Source: Malacoraja senta (lineage: Eukaryota). Taken from it: a stretch of 64,000 nucleotides of DNA. This document shows, one piece after another, positions 38,166 to 51,107 of this stretch; the first letter of the stretch is position 1, and every line of letters begins with the position of its first letter. A program made the translations under genes and the position numbers. The DNA is taken from positions 9,240,001 to 9,304,000 of the forward strand of contig CM075992.1 in NCBI GenBank assembly GCA_038087875.1, in the 5' to 3' direction. Below the pieces are notes generated by a model. It was not told where the DNA came from. It made no database searches and worked only from the letters and a program-made list of their open reading frames with translations.

Positions 38166-41100
38166 GCAGTTTACCGCTGGTTTGTGTGGGAATGTCATCA
38201 AGGGTGGCAAGAAACATTATATTTTTATATATCTCGACCTGAAACGTCACCCATTCCTTCTCTCCTGAGATGCTGCCTCCCCACTGAGTTACTCCAGCAT
38301 TTTGTCTATCTTCATATTGGATGATCAGCAGGAAGACATGTCTGACAGGGCAGGTCTCAGAAAAAGCAACATCCACCCCTCACTACAAACAGTACTGACA
38401 CCAAAGCCAAGTCAATGTCCATCATCCTTTCTAGTGACTGACTCCAGGTTGTTACAGGTCAGGTTTCATATCTGACAAACTTAATGCTCTTTCATCCTTT
38501 TAGCGATGCACTGCTTCGGGACACACAATCGATCAATAGGTAGGGTGGACAGTCACAAGCTTTTCCCAAGGGTGAAATATCACATATTAGAGACTCTAAG
38601 GTGAGAGGGGCAAAGTTTAATGGAGATATGTAGGGCAAGCTTTGTTTTATTTTACAGAGGGTAATGAGAGCCTGCCGGTGGTGGTGGTGGTGATGATGGT
38701 GATGCCGGTGCTGGTGGTGGCAGATATGAAGGTGGCAGATATGAAGGTGGCTTTTAAGAGACTTTAGGATACACACATGGATACGCAGGATCTGGATTAT
38801 GTGCAGGCAGATAAGCAATGGTTTTGGTATCCTGTGCGGCAGACATTGTGGGCTGAAGGGCCTGTTCCTGTGCTGTACTGTTCTATGTAATCGGGTTTCT
38901 TTATAACAACATATGGGCAGTGGTGGTGCAGAGTTTCTACCTTACAACGCCAGAGACCCAGGTTCGATCCTGACTACAGGTGATGTATATGTGAAGTTTG
39001 CACGTTCTCTCTGTGACCACGTGGGTTTTCTCTGGGTGTTCAGGTTTCCTGCCACACTCCAAAGATGTGCAGGTTTGTAGAACTAGTTTATGGGGTGATG
39101 ACTGGTCGGCGCGGGCTCGGTGGGCCAAGGGCCCTGTTTCCATGCTGTATCTCTAAACATAAGGCAACTGCTCCCTACAGGCAAACTACCGAACACACAA
39201 AATACACACTTGATCGCCTGCTTGTTCAGCTTCTCCACTTCTGTTGCATTTCCCAGTCTGAAGCCAACATTTCATTCTTCAACCCCTTCTAAAGTTTTGC
39301 ACAGAGATCTGATCGCCAGGTGCTCATCAAGATAAAGTTTGCACAGGATCAGATGTATAATGAGGATAAGCGACCTTGATTCCATAATGTTTAAGAAAGA
39401 ACTGCAGATGCTGGAACAATCGAAGGTAGACAAAAATGCTGGAGAAACTCAGCGGGTGAGGCAGCATCTATGGAGCGAAGGAATAGGTGACGTTTCGGCT
39501 CGAGACCCTTCTTCAGACTCAAATTCCATTTCATAATCTTAGTTTGATATCCATTGCTTAATATTTTCAACAATAACAGAGAGAAAATGAAAGCAGAGGG
39601 TTTCTCAAAATATCAATTGAAGTGACAATTAAAGACTGTTGGCTCTTGATAGGTAATCCCCAGCTGTCCTTGAGGTGGTGATGAACACCACGTGAACAGT
39701 AATCTGTGCAGTACTGTCAACGAGGGAAGGTCCAGGATACTGACCCTCGCAATGAAGGAGGAAAGGTAATGCAATTCCAAGTCCGGAATATTGGCCGGAA
39801 ATTTGTAGGCGGTATATGACCCAGTGACCCAGCCGTAGAGTTGCTGCCTTACAGCGCCAGAGACCCGGGTTCCATCCCGACTACAGGTGCTGTCTGTACC
39901 GAGGGTGTACGTTCTCCCTGTGACTGCGTGGATTTACGACGGGTGCTCCGGTTTCTGCCCACACTCCAAAAACGTACAGGTTTGTGGGCTAATTGGCTTC
40001 TGTAAATTATAAATTGTCCCTGGTGTGTAGGATAGTGCTAGCGTACAGGGTGAGCGCTGGTCAGCACGAACTCGGTGGGCCAAAGGGCCTGCTTCCGCAC
40101 TATATCGCCAAAGTTTAAAGTCAAATGGTGGCTGACCTAAGTTGGGTAACAGATATTAGTGTGTAAAATCATGAGAGGAATAGATCAGGTAGATGCACAG
40201 AGTTTCTTGCCCAGAGTAGGGGAATTGAGGACCAGAGGACATAGGTTCAAGGTGAAGGGGAAAAGATTTAATAGGAATCTGAGTGGTAACCTTTTCACTC
40301 AAAGGGTGGTGGATGTATGGAACGAGTTGCCAGAAGAGGTAGTTGAGGCTGGGACTATCCCAACGTTTAAGAAACAGTTAGACAGGTACATGGATAGGAC
40401 AGGTTTGGAGGGATATGGACCAAACGCAGGCAGGTGGGACAAGTGTAGCTGGGACATGTTGGCCGGTGTGGGCAAGTTGGGCCGAAGGGCCTGTTTCCAC
40501 ACCATATCACTCTATGACTCTATCAGGATATAAACAAAATGCTGGTCGCATCTGTGGAGAAAAGGAATAGGTGACGTTTCGGGTCGGAACCCTTCTTCAC
40601 ACTGGAGTCTGGATGACAGTCTGAAGAAGGATTCTCTCCCGAAATGTTACCTATTCCTTTTCTCCAGAGATGTTGCCTAGCTCACCGAGTTACTCCAGCA
40701 CTTTGTGTCTATCTTCGGTGTAAACCAGCATCTGCAGTTCCTTCCTACACAACAGATAACAGGTGTTTGGGAGGCCCTGTCGGAGGAGCCTTGGCAAGTA
40801 AGTGCACCGAGGTTTGTAGATGCCATACAGTACACACAGACGTGGTGCACAGATGTCAAAGAGTCAATGTTTACTTTTAGTTTAGAGATACAGCGCGGAA
40901 ACAGGCCCTTTGGCCCACCGAGTCAGTGTCGACCAGCGATCACTCCGTACACTTGCACTATCCTACACACGAGGGACCATTTACAATTTTACCGTAGCCA
41001 ATCAACCTACAAACCTGCACGTCTTTGGACTGTGGGAGGAAACCAGAGCACCCGGAGAAAACCCACACAGGTCACGGGAAGAACGTACAAACCCCGCGTA

Positions 41101-44100
41101 GACAACACCCATAGTCAGGATCAAACCCAGGTCTCCGGCGTTGTGAGTCAGCAACTCTACCGCTGTGCCACCGAGTGCTTTTGGGTTTGGATGAAATGCC
41201 ATTTAAGTTGATTTCTTTGTCTTGGGTGCTTTGGAACAGCAATCATCCAGGCAAGAGGAGAGCATTTCATCACAGCCCTGCATACTGCACAGAGGTTTTG
41301 GGAGGGTCAGAGCTGAATTGCTCACCATAGGATGCCTAGTCTCAGACCCATCTTGGAGCCATAGTATTTACATGGCTGGACCAGTTAAGTTCCTGATCAG
41401 AATGTTAATAAGGTGAGGGGGTGGGGGAAATGGCCAAGACAAGTTGAGGATAAGGAGGCAAGACCTCTCTTGCTGCTCGTGGTCATTACCTCAAACCATT
41501 AGATGAAGAGATGATTCCCCATACGTCGTTCAATGTGCTGTACCATGTATATCTGGAATATTCTCCACACTCACAGAGTATACACTATTAAACACTGCAG
41601 TTAACCTGACCTACAAAGTTAACGGTTTCTCTCCAGTGTTTTTGCTTTTACCGTCAGATAGTTTCTTCCCTTAGATACGAAAACTGGCAACAGTGGACAT
41701 TTTAAGCTGCCGCACCCGCGTGTTTTCATACGCATGGGTTACAACATTCCCATGGGTTATTGGTTGGTAGAGTGGCGCAGAGATGGAGTTGCTGCCTTAC
41801 AGCGGCAGAGACCCGGGTTCCATCCTGACTATGGGTGCTGTCTGTACGGAGTTTGTACGTTCTCCCCCCTGACTCGTGTGTCTTTTCTCCGGGATCTCTG
41901 GTTTCCTGCCACACTCACAAGGTTTGTAGGTAAATTGGCTTGGTATAGGTGTAAATTGTCCCTCGTGTCCGTAGGAAAGTGTTAGTGTGTGGGGATCGCT
42001 GGTTGGTGAGGTCTCAGTGGGTCGAAGGGCCTGTTTCCGCGCTGTATCTCTAAACTAAATTAAACATGGTAACTATAGTATTAGCTTGCAACACCTTTCA
42101 TTTCCGAGCAGCACTGTGTGGAATGGTACTAGGTCCACAAAAGGAATCCAGATTGAGATGGATGGTTGGCCTGCCTTGCTACCGTGATGAATTGGCACTC
42201 GAGATTCTGTGCTCAAGGACCTGAACAACCTTGTCCTGCGAGGTATAATATAGTTAGCTTGGAGTGTTTTTAATTTCCATAGTACAGTTTGATATATTTC
42301 CTCACAAGTAGCGGCAGCTTTTTTAAATTACAATCAGCTTTTAGCATAGGATTTATGGCTGAATTCGACCAAAGGTAGCTAGGCAAAGGTTACTTATTGG
42401 ATTACCATCCCTAATGAATGTATTACACAAACAGGAACTGCTTCATGCTTGACGATTCTACCAGAGGGACCCCCCACAGTCATCCATTTTATAAAAAGAT
42501 TGCAAAACAAAAAATGCTTGTATCTTAATAACCTTTTAGTTTATTGTTTAAAGATACAGCGCGGAAACAGGCCCTTCGGCCCACCGAGTCCGCACTGACC
42601 AGCGATCCCTGCACATTAACACTACTCTGCACACACTAGGGACAATTTGCAATTATACTCCGCTCAGTAACCTACAAACCTGCACGTCTTTGGAGTGTGG
42701 GAGGAACCGGAGCACCCGGAGAAAACCCACACGGTCACAGGGAGAGCGTACAAACTCGGTACAGACAGCACCTGAGGTCAGGATGGAACCCGGGTCACTG
42801 ACGCTGTGAAGCAGCAACTCTAGCGCTCCGGCACAGGGCCGCCCCTGATTGAAAGTCAACCTCAATCCCAGGGGATGGTGTCAGCAGAGGGTGGGGAATG
42901 TGGCAGACCATTCATGCACAGCAAGATCCCAGAAGGAGCAATGGGAATAGTCATCCTGGTGTGGCGTTGTTGGTTGGGGGCTCACTGTTGGTTACGTACT
43001 GGAAGAGGGACCCCCTGCTCTTCCTTAGACTAGCGTCTGGCTCCTCCCAGTGAAGCAGTGAGGAAGCTGTAACTCTGACCAGGATCGAACCCAGGTCTCT
43101 GGCGCTGTAAGGCAGCAACTCTACCGTAGCGCCACCATGCCGTAACCTAGTAACAAGTGAACATCCTGAGGAACTAGTTGAGGCAGGTACTAGATACCAG
43201 CATGTATAGTTTGGCTGTGTACTTGCACAGATAGTCCCAACGTTTTTTTTGAAACGTAAGGCAATCAGGGCAATGTTTTTAAAAAAAAAGGGAAATCTGG
43301 ATGAAAACAATTTTCTAAATGTCATTAAAAACAGAATTATTAAGATTTTATTTACTATAGCATTTATCTAAGAAAATAACTCTCATCTCTTGACTGTCGA
43401 TTCCAGTTCCACTCCAAACTTCAGCATCAACCTCGACCAACACTCTGGTGCTGAGGCAACACTGCATAAAGTCAGAGTGATACAGCACGCAAACAGGCCC
43501 TTTGGCCCAAGCCAAGCAAAATGCTCCATCTATACTATAACGGCATTTGGCCCACATCCCTCGAAGACTTTAATATGTGTGTACCCGATGACCTTTTCAT
43601 ACCTCTAGTTTCCCTCTCCCCTGACTCTCAGTCTGAAAAAGGCTCGACCCGAAACATCACCTATTCCTTTTCTCCAGAGATGCTGTCGAAATGTCTTTTA
43701 AATGCTGTTATCGTACCTGCCTCAACTACCTCCTCTGGCAGCTCGTTCCATACACCCACTATCTTCTCTATTACATATACTTACCACCCACTACCGCTGC
43801 ACTGTCAGGTGATCACATTTCAGATTTTAAACAGCTACCTGCCTGGAAATACTACACAAAATATACAATGATACTATCAGGAACCAGCCACATACTCCTA
43901 AGATTTTTCCTTCGCTCCATAGATGCTGCTGCACCTGCTGAGTTTCTCTAGCACTTTTGTCTACCTTCGATTTTCCAGCATCTGCAGTTCCTTCTTAAAC
44001 AAATACTCCTACGCCCTCCTCCTTACTCTGTCTGTTGAAGGGTCTTGACCAGAAACGTCACCCATTCTTTTTCTCCAGAGATGCTGCCTGTCCCTCTGAG

Positions 44101-45956
44101 TTTCTCCAGCATTTTGTGTCTATCTTCAGTGTAAACCAGCATCTGCAGTTCCTTCCTACACATACTTTCCTCCGCTACTTCGTTGAGATCATCTTGTGCA
44201 CCAAATCGCTGCCACATCAGGGAAATGAACGATGCATCGAAAATGAATCGACTGGTTGCGACGCTGTGTTAATGTTACACCTGTGTGGTGGGCTGTTACT
44301 GCACCAAACGTAAAGCATTCTATCGCCCCCTCAATGAGGAAGAGCACACTTGCTTGCTCCTGATTCTGGAGCTGCTGCAACAATTCAGTTTGCAACAACG
44401 GCTCCTGGTGGAAGGCAAGAAAACTGTGTCACAAGGAGACACAAATCATTTCAAACATTGACGATTCCCCCGTAGACATGCGACCAGCCGACAGTGCCTA
44501 CCCTGCAACGGCAGCTTAAGTAAGGGGACAGGAGGACCGTTGAAATCTCACTAATTAGCCCCTCAAGGAGGGAGCAAAATAGAGCTACATTCATTCAACT
44601 TATATAGTGAAATATAAATTTTGAAATCAAGAATGAAATGGATGTCATAGTCGTGCCTGTGCCTCTGCCCTCTCAGTCTCTACCCCAACCCTCGCTAGAC
44701 GCGCCTGCGAGTTGGGGGCTATGCGTGAGTGGATGGGGCGGGGGATGGGGTAAAAGGACCAAATGAGTAATATTAATATATCAAGGTTTAAACCAGCTGG
44801 TTTAAACCGCCCACTCCCTCTAAACATTTCCTATCCATGTACCTGTCCAAGTGTCTCTTAAATGCTGTTATATAGTACCTGCCTCAGCTACCTCCTCTGG
44901 ACGTTCATTCCACATACCCATCCACCCTCTGAAAAGGTTCCTCTTAAATCTTGCTCCTCTCTCCATAAACCTATGTCTTCTGGTTTTCGATTTCCCCTAC
45001 CTTGGGTAAAAGACTCTGTGTATTCACCTTATCTATTTGCTTCATGATTTTATACATCTCTATGAGATCGCCACTCAGCTTCCCGTGCTCCAAGGAATAA
45101 AGTCCCAGCCTGCCCAACCTTTCCATACAGAGGCCCTTCAGTCCAGGCAACATCCTCAAATCTTCTCTGCACTCTTTAAAGCTGTCTTTCGATATTAACA
45201 GGTAGACAAAAATGCTGGAGAAACTCAGCGGGTGAGGCAGCATCTATGGAGCGAAGGAAATAGGCAACGTTTCGGGCCAAAACCCTTCTTCCTCAGTCTG
45301 AAGAAGGGTTTTGGCCCGAAATGTTGCCTATTTCCTTCGCCCTTTAGATATTAACAAAAAGGTTGTTCAAGCATACACCAGATTACAGGAGGGTTCATTA
45401 TCCACCTTTGAACCTTGCTCTTGACATCTATATGTGTAAGAAGGAACTGCAGATGCTGGTTTAAACCGAAGATTGTTAAGGGCTTGGACACGCTAGAGGC
45501 AGGAAACACTTTTTCTCACAGAGAGTGGTGAGTCTGTGGAATTCTCTGCCTCAGAGGGCAGTGGAGGCCGGTTCTCTGGATGCTTTCAAGAGAGAGCTAG
45601 ATAGGGCTCTTAAAAATAGCGGAGTCAGGGGATATGGGGAGAAGGCAGGAACGGGGTACTGATTGGGGATGATCAGCCATGATCACATTGAATGGCGGTG
45701 CTGGCTCGAAGGGCCAAATGGTCTACTCCTGCACCTATTGTCTATAGACACAAAAAGCTGGAGTAACTCAGCGGGACAGGCAGCATCTCTGGAGAGAAGG
45801 AATGGGTGATGTTTCGGGTCGACCCGAAACGTCACCCATTCCTTCTCTCCAGAGATGCTGCCTGGCCCGCTGAGTTACTCCAACTTTTTGTGTCTATCTT
45901 GACAACTATATCATGGTTTTAACGGTCCTGTCACCCATTTCTCATTTCAACTGTAC

Positions 45957-46034
45957 CTTCATGATAGCTGAAGATCTCCATACTTGGCTCAGTGTAGGGG
46001 TTGAAGGCTGGTTTGTAACGCAGCTTGGTTATAC
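45957..46034 (-). CDS. FARSA: FARSA coding exon (78 bp)
   Basis: Reads [28 protein letters not shown] acceptor and GTACAG donor; phase 1/1. Confidence 0.95.
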
Positions 46035-46780
46035 CTGTCAAGTGGAAAAAGATACAGTAAGGAAATCTTACATTTCAAATCTTAATGGAATAACTGGAAT
46101 TCCAGAGCAAACAGCAAACTACTGGAGGAACTCAGCGGGTCGAGCAGCATCTGTGGAGCAGAGAGATGGTCGACCTTTAAAGTCAGGCTCTGCAATCAGA
46201 GAATTAGAATCTAAGTCATTCACACAAATTACTAAACATTGATTTTCAGTGGAAGGGTGAGAAGTACAAAAGAAAATCGATCATTTTGCGGTTCTGTTAC
46301 TGGACTCAGATCAGAGGTCTAGAATCTGGTCAATCTGGAAATTGAAAATTTAAGTTCAAGCCTCATTCTAAAATAATGTAATCTTAATGCTTAATAATAA
46401 TAATTTCGTATTAAGGCCCACCAAGATATTTCAGCAAAGGAGAATTGCAGACCTTTGAATATTGAATTTTGATTTCCCTAACTTCAAATAACCCTTGCAT
46501 TCCCTCCCCCACTCCTGTCATCCTGCTAGTTTCACTATCATATCCCTTCGTTATCACCTCTTCTAGAGCCAACAAAGGACCATTGTGGGGACCACTGGTC
46601 ACGTTGGCGCAGTGGTAGAGTTGCTGCCTTACAGCAAATGCAGTGCCAGAGACCCGGGTTCAATCCCGACGATGGGTGCTGTCTGTACGGAGTTTGTATG
46701 TTCTCCCCGTGAACTGCGTGGGTTTTCTCCGAGATCTCCGGTTTCCTCCCACACTCCAAAGACATACAGGTTTGTAGGTT

Positions 46781-46870
46781 CACAAAAATGCTGGAGAAAC
46801 TCAGCGGGTGCAGCAGCATCTATGGAGCAAAGGAAATAGGCAACGTTTCGGGCCGAAACCCTTCTTCAGA
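46781..46870 (-). mobile_element. 90-bp hammerhead-motif unit inserted into a SINE with a 14-15-bp TSD
   Basis: CAGGTTTGTAGGTT at 46767-46780 and 46871-46884. The SINE resumes seamlessly after the insert. Confidence 0.85.
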
Positions 46871-48274
46871 CAGGTTTGTAGGTTAATTGGCTTGGTAAAT
46901 GTAAAAATTGTCCCTAGTGGGTTAGTGTTAATGTGCGGGGATCGCTGGTCAGCGCGGACACGGTGGGCCTGTTTCCGCACTGTATCTGTAAACTAAACTA
47001 AAACTAAACCTTTCCTTGGTCATCTGTACCGGCTGATTTGTTCTGAACCTATTCACACCTAGTTTCCCTCTCACTTCACTCTCAGTCTGAAGATGGGTAT
47101 CCACCCGAAAGGTCACCTATTCCTTCGCTCCAGTGATGCTGCCTGACCGGCCGAGTTTCTACAGCATTTTGTATCTATTCTGAAGTGATCTGTTCAGTTG
47201 GATGCATTCAGAGCTGCATCAAACTATCGCACAAAACACTTTCTCATGGTAGTTTGAGAATTGCACAACGCATCCCAACCTTACTTCTGACCACACCACA
47301 AGGAGGGGAGAAATACCAGTGGTCGGCTCACACACAATGAGGGTGATGGGTCTGATGGTTACTAAGCTAGATGGTTTAAGAGATTAATTGACATGGCCTA
47401 CTGAAATATTCAGAAAGCCTTATTTCTACAGGTCACTACAGTCATAAAAGAATAAATGTCATATGAGGAAAGATTGAAAAGACTAGGCTTGTATTCACTG
47501 GAGTTTAGAAGGATGAGAGGAAGATCTTACAGAAACATATAAAATTATAAAAGGACTGGACAAGTTAGATGCAGGAAAAATGTTCCCAATGTTGGGCGAG
47601 TCCAGAACCAGGGGCCACAGTCTTAGAAACTTTTTCACCCAGAGAGTTGTGAATTTATGGAATTCCCTGCCACAGAGGGCAGTGGAGGCCAAATCACTGG
47701 ATGGATTTAAGAGAGAGTTAGATAGAGCTCTAGGGGCTAGTGGAATCAAGGGATATGGGGAGGAGTCAGGCACGGGTTATTGATAGGGGACGATCAGCCA
47801 TAATCACAATGAATGGCGGTGCTGGCTCGAAGGGCTGAATGGCCTCCTCCTGTACCTATTTTCTATGTTTCAACAAATCCATGTTGTTTACACTTCCTAC
47901 ACTAGACTCACAAAGACACTCAATTCTGAGCTCTGTAGTGAGGCAGAGTTTAGTTTTGTTTTGAGATACAGCGTGGAAACAGGCCGTTTGGCCCACTGAA
48001 CCCCATATACGAGTTCCACCCGACACATGTCTTTGGAATGTGGGAGGAAAACGGAGCACCCAGAGAAAACCCACAAGGTCACATGAGACTCCATACAGAC
48101 AATACCCGTAGTCAGGATCGCACCCGGGTCTTTGGTCTGTAAAGCAGCAACTCTACCGCTGCACCACCGTGCCGCCCCATATTGTGGTCATGATTCCACA
48201 ATTCTCACATATGAGCTGCAGTGATTATTTTCTTGACTCATGTCAGGACAGAAACCATACAGATACAGTCTTAC

Positions 48275-48443
48275 CTAATTTAGTAAAGAACTGCTGAAGA
48301 ACTCCCATTAGGTCACCCAGAGTAAGATCGTAATCAGCCACCACCCCCTCGATCTGGTGAAACTCAGCTAAGTGAGTGGCATCCAGCGTTTCATTGCGGA
48401 AGACACGATCAATGGAGAAATACTTCACTGGTGTGAAGACTTC
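48275..48443 (-). CDS. FARSA: FARSA coding exon (169 bp), class II aaRS motif 2
   Basis: Reads [58 protein letters not shown] acceptor and GTAAG donor. Confidence 0.97.
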
Positions 48444-48868
48444 CTGTGTGATAAGGAGAAAGACCGTTAGCATCATTGCATGGGTTAGTTGGAGAAGAAA
48501 TGTGTTTAAGACACAGTTTACAGTCAAATTATGCACAGGCAATCCTCTTGAATTGGGTAAGCTGGAGAACTGCTTGGGCCAAGGTCTCTGGCGCCTCAGA
48601 GTGCCAGAGACCCGGGATCGATCCTGATTGCGGGAGCTGTTGTGTGCAATTTGCACGTCCTCCCTGTGTGACCATGTGGGTTTTCTCCAAGAACTCCGGT
48701 TTCCTCTTACACTCCACAAGACGTACAGGTTTGTTGGTCAATTGGCTTCGGTAAAATTGTAAATTGTCCCTAGTGTGTAGGATGGTGCTAGTGTACAGGG
48801 TGATTGCTGGTCGGCGCTGACTGGGTGGGCTGAAGAGTCTGTTTCCACACTGTACCTCTGAAGTCTTA

Positions 48869-49188
48869 AAGCCCTGTCCCACGGTATGAGTTCATTCCAA
48901 GAGCTCTCCCGAGTAAAAAAAAAATCAAACTCGTGGTAAGCACGGAGAATGAACGTAGTGGGTACGTCGGAGCTCGGGAACGTCTCTTAGCGTTAACGGC
49001 AGGTATTCGGGAAGACTCGCTAACGGCAGGTAAACACGGGAAGACTCGTGAAGATTTTTCAACATGATGAAAAACGTCCACGAGAGCCCCAAGTACCGAC
49101 GAGTGGCCATTACCGTAAATCTCCCAGTTCGAATCAGGGCAAACTCGGGAGAAGTCTTGGAATGAACTCGTACCGTGGGACAGGGCTT
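48869..49188. mobile_element. Harbinger-like MITE
   Basis: AAGCCCTGTCCCACGGTA...TACCGTGGGACAGGGCTT with TWA flanks. Confidence 0.85.
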
Positions 49189-49929
49189 TAAATAGTTTAA
49201 AGCTTAAATGTAAAATTACACCTTGTAATCATATGTGGTTTGCGAGTTCCTCTTATCCCATCCTACCCCAAACCACAGTTGGCCTCCAGAAAGGCCCGTT
49301 TAACCAGATTTCCTGCATGCTATCCAAAGAGCAACCAAAATATTAGTGTTTCGCCAAGGTGGAAGTTACTTACATTTCTTACTGATTTGGTAATATTACA
49401 AACGTTCCTTTAGTGAGAGGCTGTAACAGTCTGTATGCTGACATCATGTACGCTGACATCATAGACACAACATGCTCACAGTATCCACCTATCAATCCCC
49501 CTCACAATCTCACATTTTAATTAGAGCACCTCTCATTTTTCCATTCTCGAGTATAAGCCAACCTTCTCAACCTTTACTTTTAGACATTAGACTTGAGATG
49601 CAGCGCAGAAACAGGCCCGCAGAGTCCACGCCAACCAGCGATCCCCGTACACTAGCACTGTCCTACACACACTGGGGACTTTTTACAATTTTACCAAAGC
49701 CAAATAACCTACAAATCTGCACGTCTTTGGAATGTGGGAGGAAACCAGAGCACCCAGGATAAACCCACACAGTCACAGTCAAACTCCGTACAGTCAGCAC
49801 CCATAGTCAGGATCGAACCTGGGTCTCTGGCGCCATGAAGCAGCAGCTCCACCGTTATGCTACGGTGTTGCCCCATTTTAATCAGACCTGTTTTAACCTC
49901 CCTTAATCTAAAAGTCCTCGTCTATATGG

Positions 49930-50700
49930 AAATGTGCTAAGATGGCACGTTAGCGTCCTCAGAACCTTTGCGGATCAGCTGGCAGAGGTATTCAAAGATC
50001 TCATTTGGGCCTATTTCCTTTGCTCCATAGATGCTGCCGTACCCGCTGAGTTCCTCCAGCAATTTTGTCTACCTTCGATTTTCCAGCATCTGCAGATCAT
50101 TCTTGAACAAAGATCTCATTACTCCATTATGATTCAAGAAGACCACTATCATCCTGGTGACAAAGAAATGTTACGTAGCATGCTTTAATAACTGCCATCT
50201 AGTGGCTCTGACAATCACCATCACAAAGTGTTTTGAGAGAGTGGTGCGTGACGCACATTAAATCCAGCCTCCCATCCAACCTTGCTCCACCACAGTCTGT
50301 CTAGTGTCACAACAGGTGCACAGCAGACACCATCTCCATGGCCGTAAACTCATCTCCGGAACGCCTAAACAACACGGACATCTATTTATTGACTATAATT
50401 CCAACTTCAACACCATAATCCCATCCAAACTCATCTCCTAGCTCGTGGACGTTGGAGTCAGCACCCACCTCTGCAACTTTCTGACCCATAAACGCTATCA
50501 GTGAGGATAAGTGAGAACGCATCCTCCCCAATAATTCTAAATACCAGTGCCCCGTAAGAATGCGTTCAGTCCCCTCCTGCACTCACTATGCCCTCATGAT
50601 TGTGTCGGCTCTAACTCGATCTACAGCATGACACCACTGTGGTGGGCCAGATAATGAACAATGGCAAGACGGACTACAGGAAGGAGATAGAGAACAGTAT
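49930..50700 (+). mobile_element. Degenerate Rex1-like RT fragment with an inserted Penelope-derived unit
   Basis: ADQLAEVF, VALT..KCFER and SNFNTIIPSKL-like remnants. Confidence 0.65.
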
Positions 50701-51107
50701 CATAGTATCATTGTATCAACAGTATCATAGTATCATTGCCTGCACTTGTTCTCACCTAACAAACAGCTAACAATGAGCTGTTTCCTGTATCTAGCAATGT
50801 TACAAAATTTTGAGATTTAAAAAATCAAGTCTGCAATTGATCCCATCAGATAAAGCATAAAAATAAGTTTAATTTGACACCTAATTCACTTTCATATCTT
50901 CAGTATTAAAAAAGTTATGGCCATTTTCATACTCGGAAATTAGCATCTTGTTCCCTATTGCTTTTCCATTGACTTAACACAAAAGCTGTGATCGAGGACA
51001 GTCAAAAGCCCATAACCTTCTTAAAAATTAAGAGAACTTAATGAAATTTTCAGTTATTATAGATTGAAGCATTCTGAAACAAATATGAAACAATCATACG
51101 TGGATGA

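Noticed and set aside
38492..38818. ORF with a poly-His run
   Set aside because: A (GGT/GAT)n microsatellite inside a decayed CR1, read on the antisense strand.
44785..44808. Perfect 24-bp palindrome GGTTTAAACCAGCTGGTTTAAACC
   Set aside because: Matches the GCTGGTTTAAACC end of the Penelope-derived unit in both orientations, so it is most likely a collapsed fold-back remnant.
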